Assembly: GCF_963676685.1 (NCBI RefSeq)
Contig: NC_092348.1
Span: 89,652,001-89,716,000 of the forward strand
Direction of reading: 5' to 3'
Length of the DNA: 64,000 bases
Origin: Mytilus edulis
Taxonomy: Eukaryota
The notes beneath the pieces were generated by a model, which saw only the letters and a program-made list of their open reading frames with translations, was not told where the DNA came from and made no database searches. Each line of letters begins with the position of its first letter. Position 1 is the first letter of the stretch. Positions 49,501-64,000 of the stretch are shown piece by piece. Position numbers and translations under genes: made by a program.

Positions 49501-52500
49501 GAAAAACAAAGATGATCTTCAGTATTAACTGACAACCACTGAATTACAGGCTCCTAACTTTGACAGACATATGAAGAATGTGGAGGGTCTAAACATGTTT
49601 GAAAGAGCCAAACCCTTCCGTTGACCTAGAACAAAGCTGAAAGAGTAAAACATAAGAAAACTATAAAAATTAGTCGAAAAGGGGATTAATTCATTGGACC
49701 GATACAAAGCAAACAGAAAACTGACAAAACAAACAAATGTAGAGCAGTCGCATATAATCAATGTTTTACCCTCTATATCGCGTCAAGTAAAGAAAAGCTG
49801 TAAATTATTTAATATTTATATTTCTGAGTATGAATATTAATTAATTGAACGTACATTTTTCTAGAGTTTTCAGTCAGTAATTGGTATAGCAAAAGGCACT
49901 AACTTTGGAACAGCAAATGACCGGATCATTGGACTAGGTGCACATTACGATACAGTAAGAGAAACAAAAGGTAAAATTTGTTTAAGGCGGCCCGGCCCTC
50001 TTCCTCTATCTTGGATTTTGAAGTAGCAGATAACAAACAATTGATCAAGATCTTTAATGCAATGTTCACATTTGTGGACTAGCATGTACTTCATGGGTAA
50101 GACTTCTAATGCTAATACAGAAAAGTATGTGTTTTATCATATTCAATGCTGTATTTGAAAAAAAACCAAATGTTTGGAAATAACTCCGATAAAATAATTT
50201 TATAATAGAAAGTGTTGTGAATTTACCTATTTTAATGAGTAGCAAGAAAAAAATTCCGGTCACCCCATATACTTTTTCTTATCTGAAAGAATGTTGAAAG
50301 AGCTATTTTCTCACGTTTTATATTAATATTCGTTAGTGTAGTTTTCTGTTTAACACACAAAACTTGATTTTCGATGCATAATCGATACAAAATCAGATAA
50401 TATTCCGCAACCTGTAGCGTGAAAAAAAGTTTTGTAATCCATACTTTTTATTATATTTTTGAAAAAAAAGCACGATACACACTTCATTTATACACATTAA
50501 TGACAAAAAAGCATACTTCCACAAGTGATTAGCTCGATACCTATTTTTTTAAACAGTGTATTTGACATTACTTATCAATCAACATGTTAGCTAACACGTT
50601 ACATGTGCTAACTTATCCCTATGAATATAAATACTTATCATATACATATTCCTTTTGATTCTTTTCACATACTAGTAGTTTTTGTTTTAGAAAGAGCTAA
50701 ACGCTATGTTAAAACTTGACTCGGCAAGTATTATAGGTACTTAAAGTCATTTATGTCAGCTGTTTTAGCTTTCTGTTAGCTGCTACGCACGGTAAGCATA
50801 ATTCCAATAAACATATTTTATTTGTGTGAAAAAAAATATATATAATAAATTGAACTTAATAGATTGCAATAGCAGAAATTATTCATTTGCTGCATATGTA
50901 AAACGATAAGTTGAATCTTTAAAACAAATTATTGAATTAAAGATTTTGTTGAATTTTCCCTCGAATTACGTTTCTTACTAAAATATTGTAAGGTCTACCA
51001 AAAGGAAAAAATAATGTTTTACAGGGGCATTATGTTTTTTTTAAAGAGGCATTAGCTACGAGATACTAAATTTAATAAAATATGATTTGCAATTTTCGAT
51101 CATTAATGAAAACGAAATAGTGAAATAATATATTTATTTGGCATGTTCAGTTATTAAAAGCACAAGAAATACAACATTGAAAGTAAAACCTGCATAAAGC
51201 ATTTGAATGACTGATTTGATCAACGAAAACTCATTCATATACCGTGAAAAAAACGAGGATTAAAAAATATTTGTAATTGTTAAAAAAAAAACCATCAAAT
51301 TACACCGTTATAAACTGAATAACAATACGATATTCTATTTTCAGACATTTTTATCTGTGACGTCACTTTGTGTGGGATTGATACTTTCGTGTGACGCACA
51401 TTTTATAATTCTTTTGCGCTATATTTGTGAACTGTCGTAAAATAATTAAGTTGTTCGTTGTAATTCTGTGGTTTGCATGTTGAAATGCCCTATTACACTA
51501 TGTATTAATGTATTTTTCTGCCCTGAGCATTTTTTTTTTGTATTGTATTAAAATGTTATGTACCCAGTAAGGATTATGACAGTTTTATCAAATAGTCTCT
51601 ATGTATATTGGCGTTTGATTTTGTAGCAGTTCAGTATTTCTGTTGTTTTGGGTTGGGTTTTGTTGGGGGAAGGGATCATCTTATAATTGATGTGTTTCCC
51701 TCAGTTTTGGTTTGTGAAACTGAATTATTTTAGTTAAATCGATTAATGACTACTGAACAACGAGATACTACTTTTGTCTTGATTAAACCTATTATTATAT
51801 TAAAGCAAGCGTACCTAGAAAAATTAAATCGCAAGAGTTCACTTTATATTTATTTCTATATCTATTTTTAGATCGGGTTGAATGAACGTCAGCAGTCTTC
51901 GGAGGTCAACTTGGTATTTAATACGATGGCGTTTTGACTTTAACACACATAAAATGCTGATACATGTTATGCATTGTAAATTGTTTATTTCCTTATTTCA
52001 GACTTTTTATTATTTGATATATGTGTTAGTTAGTATGTTATAAATCAAATGTGAACATGAATTTGGCAGTTAATGTCCCTACAAGAAGGTTTTTCTAATA
52101 ATATTTTGAATAAATACTTAAAATTTCTTTGAACCTGTTAAAATTGCAGTTTCCTTAAGGTGTGAAGTAAACTTTAGGTGGTCCTATGTCTTTGATTTCT
52201 TTTCTTTGAATAAAGATTAAATGCGATTGCATCAAATACTTGTTAAAATTGTTTAACAACGATGTTTAAAAGTAAGTCCTGTTCCAGTAAATGTTTTGGT
52301 AACGCAAATATTATGCTCTGAGAATACACGCATACAGCTGAAACAGCGACTTGAAAAATCCCAAATATTCAAACAGTCAAAATTATGATAAACTATTTAT
52401 ATTTTCACAGGAGTTGATGATAATGGAGCAGGAGTTGCAGCCATGTTAGAAGTTGTTAGACAATTGACTGATAGGAATAAAAATGGTGTCAAAAGGAAAA

Positions 52501-55500
52501 ATACAATGATTTTTGTAGCATTTGATTTGGAAGAATATGGATGTATGTTTATTTTCTGTTCTCAGTTCATGTAAACATAAACCCGTGTTATATAGTTTTT
52601 TTTTTATTTCAAACATTTATCTCCTTAATTCTTAGGCAGGACAATTTACCTCACACGAAAGACACAGATATCATTACCAACCTGACTAACTAGTTCCGCT
52701 AATGTTGAACTTCTGTAAACTGATATAGGAGAAGATGTGGTGTGAGTGCCAATGCCTGTATAAACACCTTTAACAGTTAAAACTGTGTCAATTTAACTAT
52801 GAATGGAAAGTTAAAACATAGTTTTGTGCGGCATATTTTCAACATGGCTAGGCCCCGTTCTTCTAAGAGATCAAACTGTATACACCAAAATTCTGTACTT
52901 CTCTTCCTTTGGCTTTGGATCTTCCTCCAAATTCAATATCAACGCTATCCAGGTGTTTTATATTGGTACAATTCCTAAGTTATGTCTCTTTGAGATAAAA
53001 CATAGATATCATATCTGGGAACCAGTTCGTAAACAAAACAAAATATCTATAAATATTACATTTTTCCCCGAAAGAGGCGTATTTACAAAGTGCAACATAT
53101 ACTGACATTTATTTAGATATTAATATTTGAAGAAAAAAAAACCTTTTCTCAACACAATACATATTTTTCAGAAAGATAGCTTAAAAGAAATCATTGCAAA
53201 TCCTCTTACTTTTCTTGTAAAGTGCATTTTACACCCCCACCCTTGTTTTCAATTATCAGCGTTGAGTCCTTCACTAACCCTTGACGGTGGTGTGACAGCA
53301 CATAATGGGAATGAACTGTAAAAATTTGTTCAAAAGAGAACGACTAACTCTGACACTAAGTAAGACTAACAGAAATAAAATATCGATCTTCATACTGGTC
53401 AAAGACCTCAATCAATAAATTATGAAATCCCAGACTTAAGTTTACGAAGTTTTATCTCGGGAGGACTCGAAACGAATTATGTTATAATATAAAGGATTTC
53501 AGTAGGTAGACAGAAATAACAGTTATAGGTGTAGTTGAAACAAAACCAAGTACATGTATTTGCCTCAAAGCTTTATGTCATGATAGAATCAAATTGTCTT
53601 TGTTTTTTTACCACAGCGTGCGTTGGAACGTCAGATTGCAAACTCCCTAATGTTCCACTTGGAAGCCGACATTTACTTCAGGAATGGCTACCTCCGTGGT
53701 TAATATTAAATTATGGTAATGCCCTACCATCAGTGATACAAGGTGTTATTATATTGGACACTATGATGAACTATAATACCACAGCTAGATCTCAGACGAT
53801 TCCACCACAAATAGAAGACGCGGTATGCTATATCAATCACTCATATAGGAAAGAAAACCCCATTTTATTGCTCCAAACATTGGAAGATTGAGAAAAATTA
53901 CATTACTGCCTTTTAAATTATCATTCTTCTGTTTGTCCGTATAATGAACAAATTGACATATGATCTGAAAACATGCAAGTTAATGCAAGACATTGTGTAC
54001 GTGTGCCACATCAGGTTGTCTAAACCATATGTCTTTTGTGGTTGATTGTCAAGCATTTACAAGTAACAGTTAAAGTGTTGGTTTCCATTTTTTACAGCGG
54101 ATTATGTATTTGGTTCGATATGACGCTTGTTTGCACTGAGGTCTCAATTTCAACGAAGGGATATAAAAAGGTGACACGGAACAATTTATGTGACTATTAT
54201 ACAAGTGAGAGGTTAAGCTAGCTATAAAACCAGATATAATCCAATTGTTTCTACATAAGTAAATGACTGTACCAAGTCAGTTATAGTTATCCCATAAGGA
54301 AGCGGTGTGTCAGTGTAAGGTTATCCCGCTGGCCGGCGGCCAGAGTGTGAGTTCACACTAACACCAAATCAAATGGATAATTTTTTTACACCCCAGCTGT
54401 TGTAGTACAGATATTAAAAAACATTTACGCTCCATAATATCTAGTTTATAACGCCATACAATAATTGTAATATACTTTATATATTATTGTATAGTATATA
54501 CTAGTGTTGTCAAATCGTACACTTTTGCCTAACCGGTTACTCGGATAATCGTTCGACCGATTAACTGGTTATATATAACCGGTAGTTTGAGTTGGTGCTT
54601 GAAAGCCTTATCAATAGTACCACACATAGATATAACATATGGGGTATGAGTGTCAATTTGACAACCTTTCATCCAAGTCATAAATTTACGCTTTTAGAAT
54701 TGAAGTTTGTCCTCTTTGTTATAAGGCTTATCTGTGAGGATTCCTGGCGAAGTTTGGCTTTAAATAATCAACTACACCGTATCAACTATAGCGTTTGTAC
54801 CAACTTCAGATTGAAAAATCACTTGTTGACTCCAAAAATGTTGTGGAGTATTTCAATTTAAATGATTGATTATAAAAAAGAAGATGATTGCCAATTAGAC
54901 AATTCTCCACAAGAGATCAAAATGACACAGAAATTCACCACTATAGTTCACCGTTTCGTTACTTTGTTTGCATGTTACTCGTACTATCACGTATACATTG
55001 AGTACATTCACATTGGTTTGCATTTCACAATTTTTTGTAAGCATTTCGTTTAAAGTAAGACTAAACCTTGCGCGACGGAGGTTGTACATTTAGGTGAAGG
55101 TTTACACAATATTAGATCAGAAATGAAATAATGAAGCAATGCCCCGAGCTGAGAGACAAGTTCTAATTAATTTTATGTTTATAGGATTAACAATAGCAAT
55201 CAATTTACTGGACAATTGATCTGTCAAATTAATTACCAAGACGACAATTTTTAAATAAAACCTAACTATTTAATGATTTCAATACAAATTTATATCAAAT
55301 CTGTCAAAAATGACAAAAAAGTCCGGTTAACCGGTTAACGTTTTTGGTATTCGGTATTCGGTCGTTCGACCGATTAACCGTTAAACCGGTTAACCGTTGA
55401 CAACACTAGTATATACTCTTTAAATGCAGTATTTAGGTATATATATAAGTTGAGGCAGATTTATTTTGTCATGTTTGTTGAAATTACCAATGAAAATAAA

Positions 55501-58500
55501 CCAAACCTTCGATTGTCCATGATTTCCTTTGTAAATAGCATGTATGTTGTGTTTTAATTAGACTTTTCGACACCTATCTCGTTTATCATTCAATTTAGAT
55601 ATATGTTGTGTGAATTCCATGTACAAAATTTACTGCTTGTGTCTTCATCACCGGGGACAATTATATTTGTCATAAAGGTGATACAGATGTATAACGATAG
55701 GTATGTCCTTGGAGATGCATGAGACATGATTTATTCTATAATTCTAAATTGAGAGAACTAGTATTTAAAACCTCTCAACATGGATACTTCGTTCATCAAA
55801 TAATTATCGTTACAAAATTCAAAGATAGAAGCTTTGGACCTTAACTTTCAGGTGATGTCTTACGCGCTGATATACCGACAATCAACTACAGATAATAAAA
55901 CAACTCTCCACAAGAATTCAAATGACGTGGATATTAGTAATTATAGGTCGCCGTATGGCCTTCAACCATGAAAAAAATCCATCTCGTATTGTGAGCTATC
56001 AAAGGCCCCATTGAAATAAAAATGTGAAACAATTTCTTTATTTTATTTCAGTTTCAAACAGCATTTCCAGAAGCCTATGCCAGTGTAGCTTCTGACAATT
56101 TCCAAGGAGACTTTCTTAATTTGATATACCGAAAACCAACTAACGATACATACTTAGCTGCAGAATTTCTTTCGTCTTGGAGAGAGCTGGGGACACCAAA
56201 ATATGAAATCGAATCTTTTCCACTGGCGTTTATTAAATATAGCGAAATACCATCAGCTGCCAAAAAATACGCCCTTAGTGACTTCATGCGTAGTGATCAT
56301 GGAAATTTCTGGGAAAGTGATTTACCAGCCATCTGGTTGACGGATTCAGGTAATGTGCTATTTTAGAATTAATTAAAAATATATTATACAGCTACATTCA
56401 TATTTTTATCTATCACCTTCAATGTGTTATGGTATTTGTTCTCAGAATGGACACCGTACACTATGAATATAACATGTATGAAATACAAAATATAAAGTTC
56501 AGCAACTTTGTTTCTCGAAGATGTCAAACTAGCATTTGAGTAATATTAAGAAAGTTTGAAGATGTTAATTTTGACTTATATTGAAAATATCTAACGTTGA
56601 GAGGTTGTGTGTAGAGAATGTAAAATGTAAACTGTAAAACCTGCCATTTCATTTGTTTTTGCAGCCGATTTTCGGGGTGATATGATACAATGTTATCATC
56701 AGGAATGTGATAATCTACAAGTTATGCTGACCGATGAGAATATTAATTTCCTTGGAAAAACTGCTGATGCTATCGTTACGACGATACATAAACTTTCAGA
56801 ACCATCGGGATCTGGTTTGTAATTTTACTATTTCTTCATTATTGAATTTCGTATTTATTCATAATCCATGTATCTCTTTGTTAATTTGTTAATTTATTGT
56901 TTATTAAATTATTCCTGTGTTTTAACAACTTGAGGTTTCTAGACGACATTTACTGCAGTATGCTGCTTCTGAGGTACTAAGTAGTAAGGTGGATGACATT
57001 TTAGTATACACTATAAACGTGAGGCGGCAAGGCAGCTATATGGCGGTCAACAGGGAATTCACCAATCTAAAAAAATAGACCAAAACTCCAATCATAGAAG
57101 TATAAGTACTCCCATATAAGGTCATGACACCGTAAATTACTTTTAAGGACATGTTGATTACTTAATCGGATTATGAGGCAAACGTTTGCATTTTGTTGTG
57201 TCATATTTCAACCGATGAAAGACCAGAATTACTTAGTATATATACAAATAAGGAGGTTAATCCCCTTTACACAAATCCGCTTATGGACATATCGTTTGTT
57301 TAGTCGGATTATAATGACATTAACGATAAAATGCCATACGTATATTTGACCAATGAAATGTTTTCTATATTAATATAACGATATAAGGATGTTAATTCCG
57401 TATAGAGAATTAACTTGTATGCCTCTGAAAGAATAAGTTGTCATTGACGAATTAAATATCGTTCCGAGGGTATCACCAGCGCTTCGGTGTTGACATGAAT
57501 ATCAATTATATGGTCATTTTAATAAATTTCCTGTTGTCAAAACTTTAAAATTTTTCGAACAACTAAGGATTTTGTTATCCCGGGAATAGATTACCTTATT
57601 CGTATTTGGCACAACTTTTTGGAATTTTGGGTCCTCAGTGCATTTCAACTTTGTATTTGTTTGGCTTTACAACTATTTTGATCTGAGCGTAACTGATGAG
57701 TCGTATGTAGATGAAACGCGCGTCTGACGTATTAAGTGACAATCCTGGTACCTTTGATAACTATCTACATATTTTCCAGAATCATTATTTCTATACATTG
57801 TTGAATATGATTGATTTGGTCTTTTGAGCAAAAGGGACACCAATAATTGAAGCAATGAAAATTGTTCAATCATTTTATAATGATCTACTTATAAACACAA
57901 CATTAGTAGGAAAATATGTGTGTTGAATAAAAAAGAAGATGTGGTATGTTTGCCAATAAGAAAACTCTCAACAAATGACCAAATGACACAGATATTAACA
58001 ACAATAGGTTACAGTACGGCCTTCAACAATAAGCAAAGCCCATACCGCATAGTCAGCTATAAAAGGTTCCCAAATGACAAATGTGAAACAAATCAAACAA
58101 ATAAACTAACGGCCTAATATATGTACATAAATAAACGAAAAACAAATATATAACACATCAACAAACGACAACCAACTTGGATTCATAACGGGTTTTATTA
58201 ATGAAGATTAAAAAAAGGGGCGTATGATAGCAAGGTTACATTTCAATATAATTAGGAGAACTTAAAATGACAACGACATAACAAAAAGAGAAAGACCACG
58301 AAATTACATACAAATCTACAAAACACTACATAGGAAATTCCAAAATGAGGAAACAAAACCCTAAGGGTGAACGTATGTGCAGTAAGCAGTTGCTTTTTAA
58401 AAAAACTAGATCTTTTAGATTACAAGACATTATCACAACAGAGAGTCTTACAGATTTGTGACAGAGTAAATATTTCGCTAGAGTCACTGCAACTATTAAT

Positions 58501-58649
58501 AAGATGAAAGTGTTACAATTTAAACTGTCTTTTACTCATATCATGTAAATGTTATTTCAGGGACAAGTGATGCAAGTCGATGCAACAAACAGACTGTACT
58601 GACCATACTTACTTATATTATATATACGAAAATGATGCAGTTATTTTAG
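46288..58649 (+). CDS. M28-family zinc metallopeptidase paralog B (8 exons, ~407 aa, signal peptide, GPI-like tail)
   Basis: Exons 46288-46336, 47074-47267, 49865-49970 (GAHYDT), 52411-52542 (GVDDNGAG, FDLEEYG), 53617-53822 (ILDTMMNY), 56052-56349 (SDHGNFW), 56665-56814 (CYHQECD), 58561-58649. Same intron phases as paralog A. Confidence 0.9.
46616..46960 (+). mobile_element. Non-autonomous Helentron/HINE-like element fragment with internal tandem unit
   Basis: Head AACTAGAGGCTCTAAAGAGCCTGTGTCGCTCACC with a short hairpin; repeated TCTTACTTT.CTGAACATT.TTGCT..TACA.TTATCTCT.TCTATAAT. Family assignment is from recollection of mussel repeats. Confidence 0.55.
54502..55408. mobile_element. Non-autonomous hAT element in paralog B intron 5
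   Basis: TIR TAGTGTTGTCAA ... TTGACAACACTA; perfect 8-bp TSD GTATATAC (54494-54501, 55409-55416); subterminal AACCGGTT palindromes. Confidence 0.9.
57465..57765 (+). repeat. Abundant dispersed repeat, core TGAGCGTCACTGATGAGTC..GAAACGCGCGTCTG
   Basis: Related copies near 29920-30064, 32880-33095, 39060-39320 (-), 41520-41650 (-), 44680-44830 and 62695-62830. Confidence 0.75.
57928..58180 (+). repeat. Dispersed SINE-like repeat, head AAAAGAAGATGTGGTATG..GCCAAT
   Basis: Related copies near 49290-49600, 52730, 54875, 55900 and 61050. Confidence 0.65.
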
Positions 58650-59734
58650 AACAGAGTGATGTCATGTAGTAGAAACAGAAAAAAACAAAAATGGCTATTC
58701 AACAGATTCAACACTATCTTCAATATACTTCCGAAATCATAGTTTTATAAATATAAAACGTCATTTTTACTTTATAAGATATACAAAATGTTATAAAATG
58801 TTTATAATAAAATCACTGTATATAATTCAATAATTCGGTAAAAGTGTTTAATTATAAAATTAAATACAACCAACAGACTTAACTGACTATACATCTAAAC
58901 AGAAACGGACATTTTTATATCAACTGTCATATTCCTGATTTGGTACAGGATATTTTTTTTAAAAGTGGTGGGTGAACCTGGTTTTATGTATAGCCACACA
59001 TCTTTTATAGCAATTTTAAAAGATATCGCCAAGACAACTACACTTCGTGACAGAATGTGTTTGAAAATATATTTTGAAATTTCAAAGACTTGAAAGGTTT
59101 TTGTTATTGAAAAATATTTTTTTCATATGTATTCAGTTACTATAATAGTAATGATTTTAACAAAATCTAGTCAAGATGCTATCATCTTTTCTGTTATTGC
59201 GTACGTATTTTTACAAGACACAAGTTTTAATCTCTTTTAACATTAATTGTCCGAAAACAAAAGATTTCTGATTAATTTTATCACTTGATTTACGTGTAAA
59301 GCTGTTCACTTTCTATATCCCACATGAACAAAATTATATAGGCCAAAGGTAAATCACGAATTCAAAACGGCGCGAATTAAGATTGTGTTCATAAAACGCG
59401 AAACAAAGACGACATGAAAATTTCCCGGTTTACCGTACTATAATATTGGTGATTTTAACGAACTCTAGTCAAGGTGAGATCATTGAATATACAGTTGAAT
59501 GTGTAATTCTGTTGTGTTTATATCTTTTCTGAGCCATTCTGAAATGTTTAAATAAATACATTAAATACCAGTGTCTGAGCAGAAAGTTGATGAACCAGTG
59601 GTCTTGTAGTATATATTCTGGGTACTGACGTTTTTTTTATTATATTAATAACGTGTTATAATATTATTTTATTTGTCTTTATGAACATAACTTTTACTGT
59701 TAAGTCTGTTTATTAAAATCCATTTTACGTTACT

Positions 59735-60470
59735 TTGAACTTATACATCCCGTCATTGTCTTATTGTTCTATGATAATTCTCGAATTGCTGTCTTTCATT
59801 TTAGCTAGTGTGCTTTGTCTATATGCTTTTCTGTGTTTCTCTGATACATATGACGTGGCTTTTACATATACAACCCGTTATCATGTTTTTGTAAAACTCT
59901 TTCGTATTATTGTCTTTCATTTTTGCTAATGTGCTTTGTCTATATGCCTTTTTGTGCTTCTTTGTCAATATAATAGAATTTGATGAATCTGTCATACAAG
60001 TGAGAGGTTTAGCTAGCTTTAAAACGAGGGTTAATACACTATACGAAAGAAAATGCCTGTACAAAGTCAGGAAAATGGCAGTTCTTATCCATACGTTTGA
60101 TGTGTTTGAGCGTTTCATTTTGCCATTTGGTTAGGGACTTTCCTTTTTGAATTTTGCTCGGAGTTCAGTATATTTGTGATTTTCTTTTTTTCTGTACTTA
60201 AACATCCCGTCACTGTGTAATTGTTACATGATAATTTTTGTATTTTTGTCTTTCAATTTTTCTTATATGCTTTGTCTATATGCCTTTTGTATTTCTTTTT
60301 TCCACATGACGTGGCTCTGTACTTAACCATCACGTCATTGTGTTATTGTTATACTAATTTTTGTATATTTTAGATTTCATTTTTGCTAATATGGTTTGTC
60401 TGTATGCCTTTTTGTGTTTCTATGATACATATGACGTGGCTCTGTACTTCTACATCTCTTCATTGAGTAA
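59735..60470 (+). repeat. Degenerate ~120-bp tandem array interrupted by a dispersed repeat
   Basis: Unit CATCCCGTCATTGT..TGTCTTTCATTTTTGCTAATGTGCTTTGTCTATATGCC..ATGACGTGGCTCTGTACTT, about 4-5 copies. The interrupting CAAGTGAGAGGTTTAGCTAGC repeat recurs near 34730, 37010, 54200, 60630 and 62600. Confidence 0.75.
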
Positions 60471-61493
60471 TTATGCCAAAGTTTGTTTACATATTTGTTT
60501 GATATTATAGTGATTTAGATAATAACATAATGTTGACTGCTGTAGCCCTATTTTTGACATTTTTTTTATTTCTGTTTGTTTTGTTCACACATAGTTGTCA
60601 ATAAAATGGAATATATCCGACTGTCATACAAGTGAGAGGTTTAGTTAGCTATAAAACAAGGTTTAATCCACCATTTTCTACATACAAAAATGTCTGTACC
60701 AAGTCAGGAGAACATGAAAGCTGTTATCCATTCGTTTCATGTTTTTGAGTTTTCGATTTTGCCCTTTGATTACGCACTTTCCGTTTTGAATTTTCCACGG
60801 AGTTCAGTATTTTTGTGATTTTACTTTTTGAGATACACATGATTTGTATTTTCCGTGATTAAATATAAAAGTAATAGAAAAGTTAGTATAAACAATTGTA
60901 CAGCATTCATGACGTGATCTTCTAATGAAGTGGTAAACAATAAACTGATAAAAAAAAAAATTGAAACATTCTGGGTGTTAAAATGGAAAGTCAAGAGGAA
61001 AAAATCTAGAAATCAAGTTTTGGATAATTCAAGGACTTTAACAAATATAAAAAAGAAGATGTGGTATAATTGCTAATGAGACAACTCTCCACAAGAGACC
61101 AAAATAACAATATATGTTTTGATTATATATTCTATAATTACACTCGTAATGATAATGGAGTAAAGACATTCCTTGGTATCTAGGGTACTGTTACTTGTGA
61201 GGTAAATTTTTATATACAGGCATTTTCCTACCATTCCATTTAACAAAAGAATATTCATTGCTTGGTATTAGTGTACTTATAATAAATCTAGAACCTATAC
61301 GAAGGCACACAAATCCCTTTTTGAGAGCATACAAAATATAAGGAACCAGTCATGCAGAGCTCTGATAAACCGGAATTAAACTGTATTCATTATATATTTG
61401 CATACTAACATATAAATACGATCAAATTGTCAATCCTGGAGAATCCATGTTCAAACAAAGGTAAAGAATAGAGGTAAGTCAGATTAGACTTAA

Positions 61494-62268
61494 GGATGTA
61501 TTCTTCTGACTTTTCAGTCTTGTTCAGTCTCGTTGAAATCTCGTTCGTGAATTATTCTCAAAACCTGTGATACAAGTGGAAAATATCAATGAATTTTAAA
61601 AATATTATAATCAAACATAACTCTGTGAAAAAATTGTGTTTTTACAATGAATGGTTTCTGAGTAATCAAGTTTTCAAATTTTACGACCAATCAAGTCTGT
61701 ATTTTTAGCCAAAATTTTGAGAAAATGGGTGAGGGATACAAACAATGATTTTACAAGAATCATGTTCATCCCATATCATTTTGGTCTTTTCAAATTTCTT
61801 AGATATGTATTTTTACAATCATTTATAATAAAAAAGTTGAAATAGTATGCATTTTGTTCTTAAAACTGAGAAAAATTACAAAAATACAAAATTGACAGCA
61901 TGGTAAATTTTACACAAAAAAGCGTCAAAATATGATAAAACTTTCTTATATTAACACCTACCTATAGTTTTTTGTAAGTAAAATTTATTCAGATTGGTCC
62001 ACTTCATCTTTATAGTAAGTATGAAAAAAAGTTTAATTGTGGAACTGTGATATTTTTCACGATAATAGCAAAAAAATAAGTAAATATTGATGAAAAATGG
62101 GAAAATCATCAAAATTGGGCATTTTCCGGCCGCAGCAAAAAAATTAGTGCACCTCCATATGATTTTTTCTTCACCAATTATTTTGTTACAGTCTTATAAA
62201 CCCAAAAATCAGGTTAAGAAAAAAAAGTTTAATTCTTGAAATGTTTGGCTCCTCAGAGGTGTACATCC
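61494..62268. mobile_element. Non-autonomous TIR element at a TTAA-like site (Kolobok-like)
   Basis: TTAA-GGATGTATTCTTCTGA ... TCAGAGGTGTACATCC-TAAA. Confidence 0.6.
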
Positions 62269-63291
62269 TAAAAGGTTTGAAAACATTGGAACGGTTTGAA
62301 TGCAAGGATTTAGTTTGAGATTATTCGATTAAGAGAACAACAAAAAATGACAACACAAGCAACCAACGGCAACAATTGGGCTACAGGCTATATTAAGGGC
62401 AGTAATATTAGCGCTCAATCATTTGCTAAACCTGCAACAATGATGTAACAGCCCTTAAAATAATTTAATAACTATAGATGTTTGATTCGTTGTAATAGAT
62501 ATATAATATGAATGTATTTTTATGTATTTCTGACTAACATTCTCTTTAGCGTAATGAAGACATATACATTCAAATTTACTTCGTCTGAGCCCAGTTTTTG
62601 TGAGAGGTTAAGCTAGCTTTAAAACAAGGTGAAATTCACCATTTCCTACATAAGAAAATATCTGTTTCAAGTCAGGAATATGACAGTTGTTATATTGTCC
62701 TCAATGCTCTTTAACTTCTTACTTTATTTGGCCTTTTTAGCATTTTTGGATTCGAGCGTCACTGATGAGTCTTTTTTAGACGAAACGCGAGTCTGGCGTA
62801 AATACAAAATTTAATCCTTGTATTAATGAAGAGTTTATTTACATTTAATAGATTTGTTTGAGCTGTTGATTTTTGATAAAGGACTTTCTGTTTCTGAATT
62901 CCGATTGGAGTTGGTATTTTTGTAATTTTTTTGTTAGATCTGCAAACTTTAAGAAAGTAATGTCCTTCCCTCTTGTACCAGGATTTGTAACTGGAAGCTC
63001 TGTGAAATAGTGTCAAATCCGTCTGCACTAAACAACTCGACCATCTAGGTTTTATAAAAAAAAAAACATAATTCTCGTTAGTCAAATTACATAGATATTT
63101 TTATTTAACCAATAATTGTGACCTATACCCGCAAATTAATCATTACTAAACATATCACATTAAACTGTTAGAAAGATTCAATTGATTAAAGTACAATTCA
63201 ACAAAAAAGTGATATCATTTTGCTGGCCTATTTCCGGAAAATCTCGTACCTTTCGATGCATTTAAATCACCGAAGGATATGCTAAAAAAAA

Positions 63292-63340
63292 ATGGCGTCT
63301 TTATATCTTATTTATTATGTGCTTAATTCATTGTTCAGTT
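63292..63340 (+). CDS. Probable first (signal-peptide) exon of a third M28 paralog continuing beyond the window
   Basis: AAAATGG start, MASLYLIYYVLNSLFS, 49 nt ending in phase 1 at T|GTGAGTATT. Length and donor are identical to exon 1 of paralogs A and B. Confidence 0.55.
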
Positions 63341-64000
63341 GTGAGTATTCTTATTATATGTATATCATATAACTTTCATGTATACCGGTATATACAGTAT
63401 TATAGTTCGGTTGTCTTATAATTATAAAGTCAAGACTAATCACAGGACCAAAACAAAACAACTATTTCTTTATCTTTATTATTCTAATTTTCAAGTGGAA
63501 AATAAGATGAATATATATTCGTTAATTTTTTTTGTACATGTATGTGCAAATGTTTTACAATTACACAATACTATGATCAGATTGTTCATTAATGATTAAT
63601 GCAGTTTTGTATTTCCAATTAGAACGCTAAGCAGTACAAACATATATGACAAGAACAGATTGTCGAGAAGGCAATACTAGTAAATGAAATTCCATACATT
63701 TCAGCAAACACAATTACTGGATGTATAAATAACTATACATATAATTTCATTCTTTAATGTTTGATGAAGTAACGCCACGTAGAAATAACCAATCTTTTTT
63801 TATATATATATATACCAATTGATAACAAATAGAAAACAGACACTAGTTTGTTTTACCTGCGGGTATTTAACATTCCTATACAATCCATAAACCCCAAATT
63901 GACTGTATATTTGATAAAAGGTCTATTTAAAATTTCTATATAATTGTATTTCTATATTCTACGACGTGTATCTGAACAGAAAGATATTTAAATAACTTTC

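Overview
AT-rich, repeat-rich animal genomic DNA; the dispersed repeats resemble those of mussels (Mytilus-like bivalve, an inference). From left to right: (1) the 5' part of a spliced IFT46 gene on the minus strand (ATG at 8074). (2) An XPG-type Academ DNA transposon (8705-28614, TAG termini, 3-bp TAA TSD). Its ~1600-codon ORF is split by (3) a complete 13.1-kb Polinton/Maverick (adintovirus-like) endogenous virus (14094-27215, ~430-bp TIRs starting AGTAGT, perfect 6-bp TAGTTA TSD). The virus encodes a packaging ATPase, a chromodomain integrase, minor and major capsid proteins and an intact ~1293-aa protein-primed PolB, but no adenain-type protease. (4) An older, degraded Academ relic ~100 bp further right. 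(5) A head-to-head pair of 8-exon, secreted, probably GPI-anchored M28 metallopeptidase paralogs (43291-31576 minus; 46288-58649 plus). Their promoters and signal-peptide exons form a closely matching inverted repeat while their catalytic exons are only ~60% identical, and the minus copy has Lys at the catalytic Glu position. A probable third paralog starts at 63292. Penelope-like RT fragments, MITEs and short dispersed repeats fill introns and intergenic DNA. All exon structures and identities were derived by eye.
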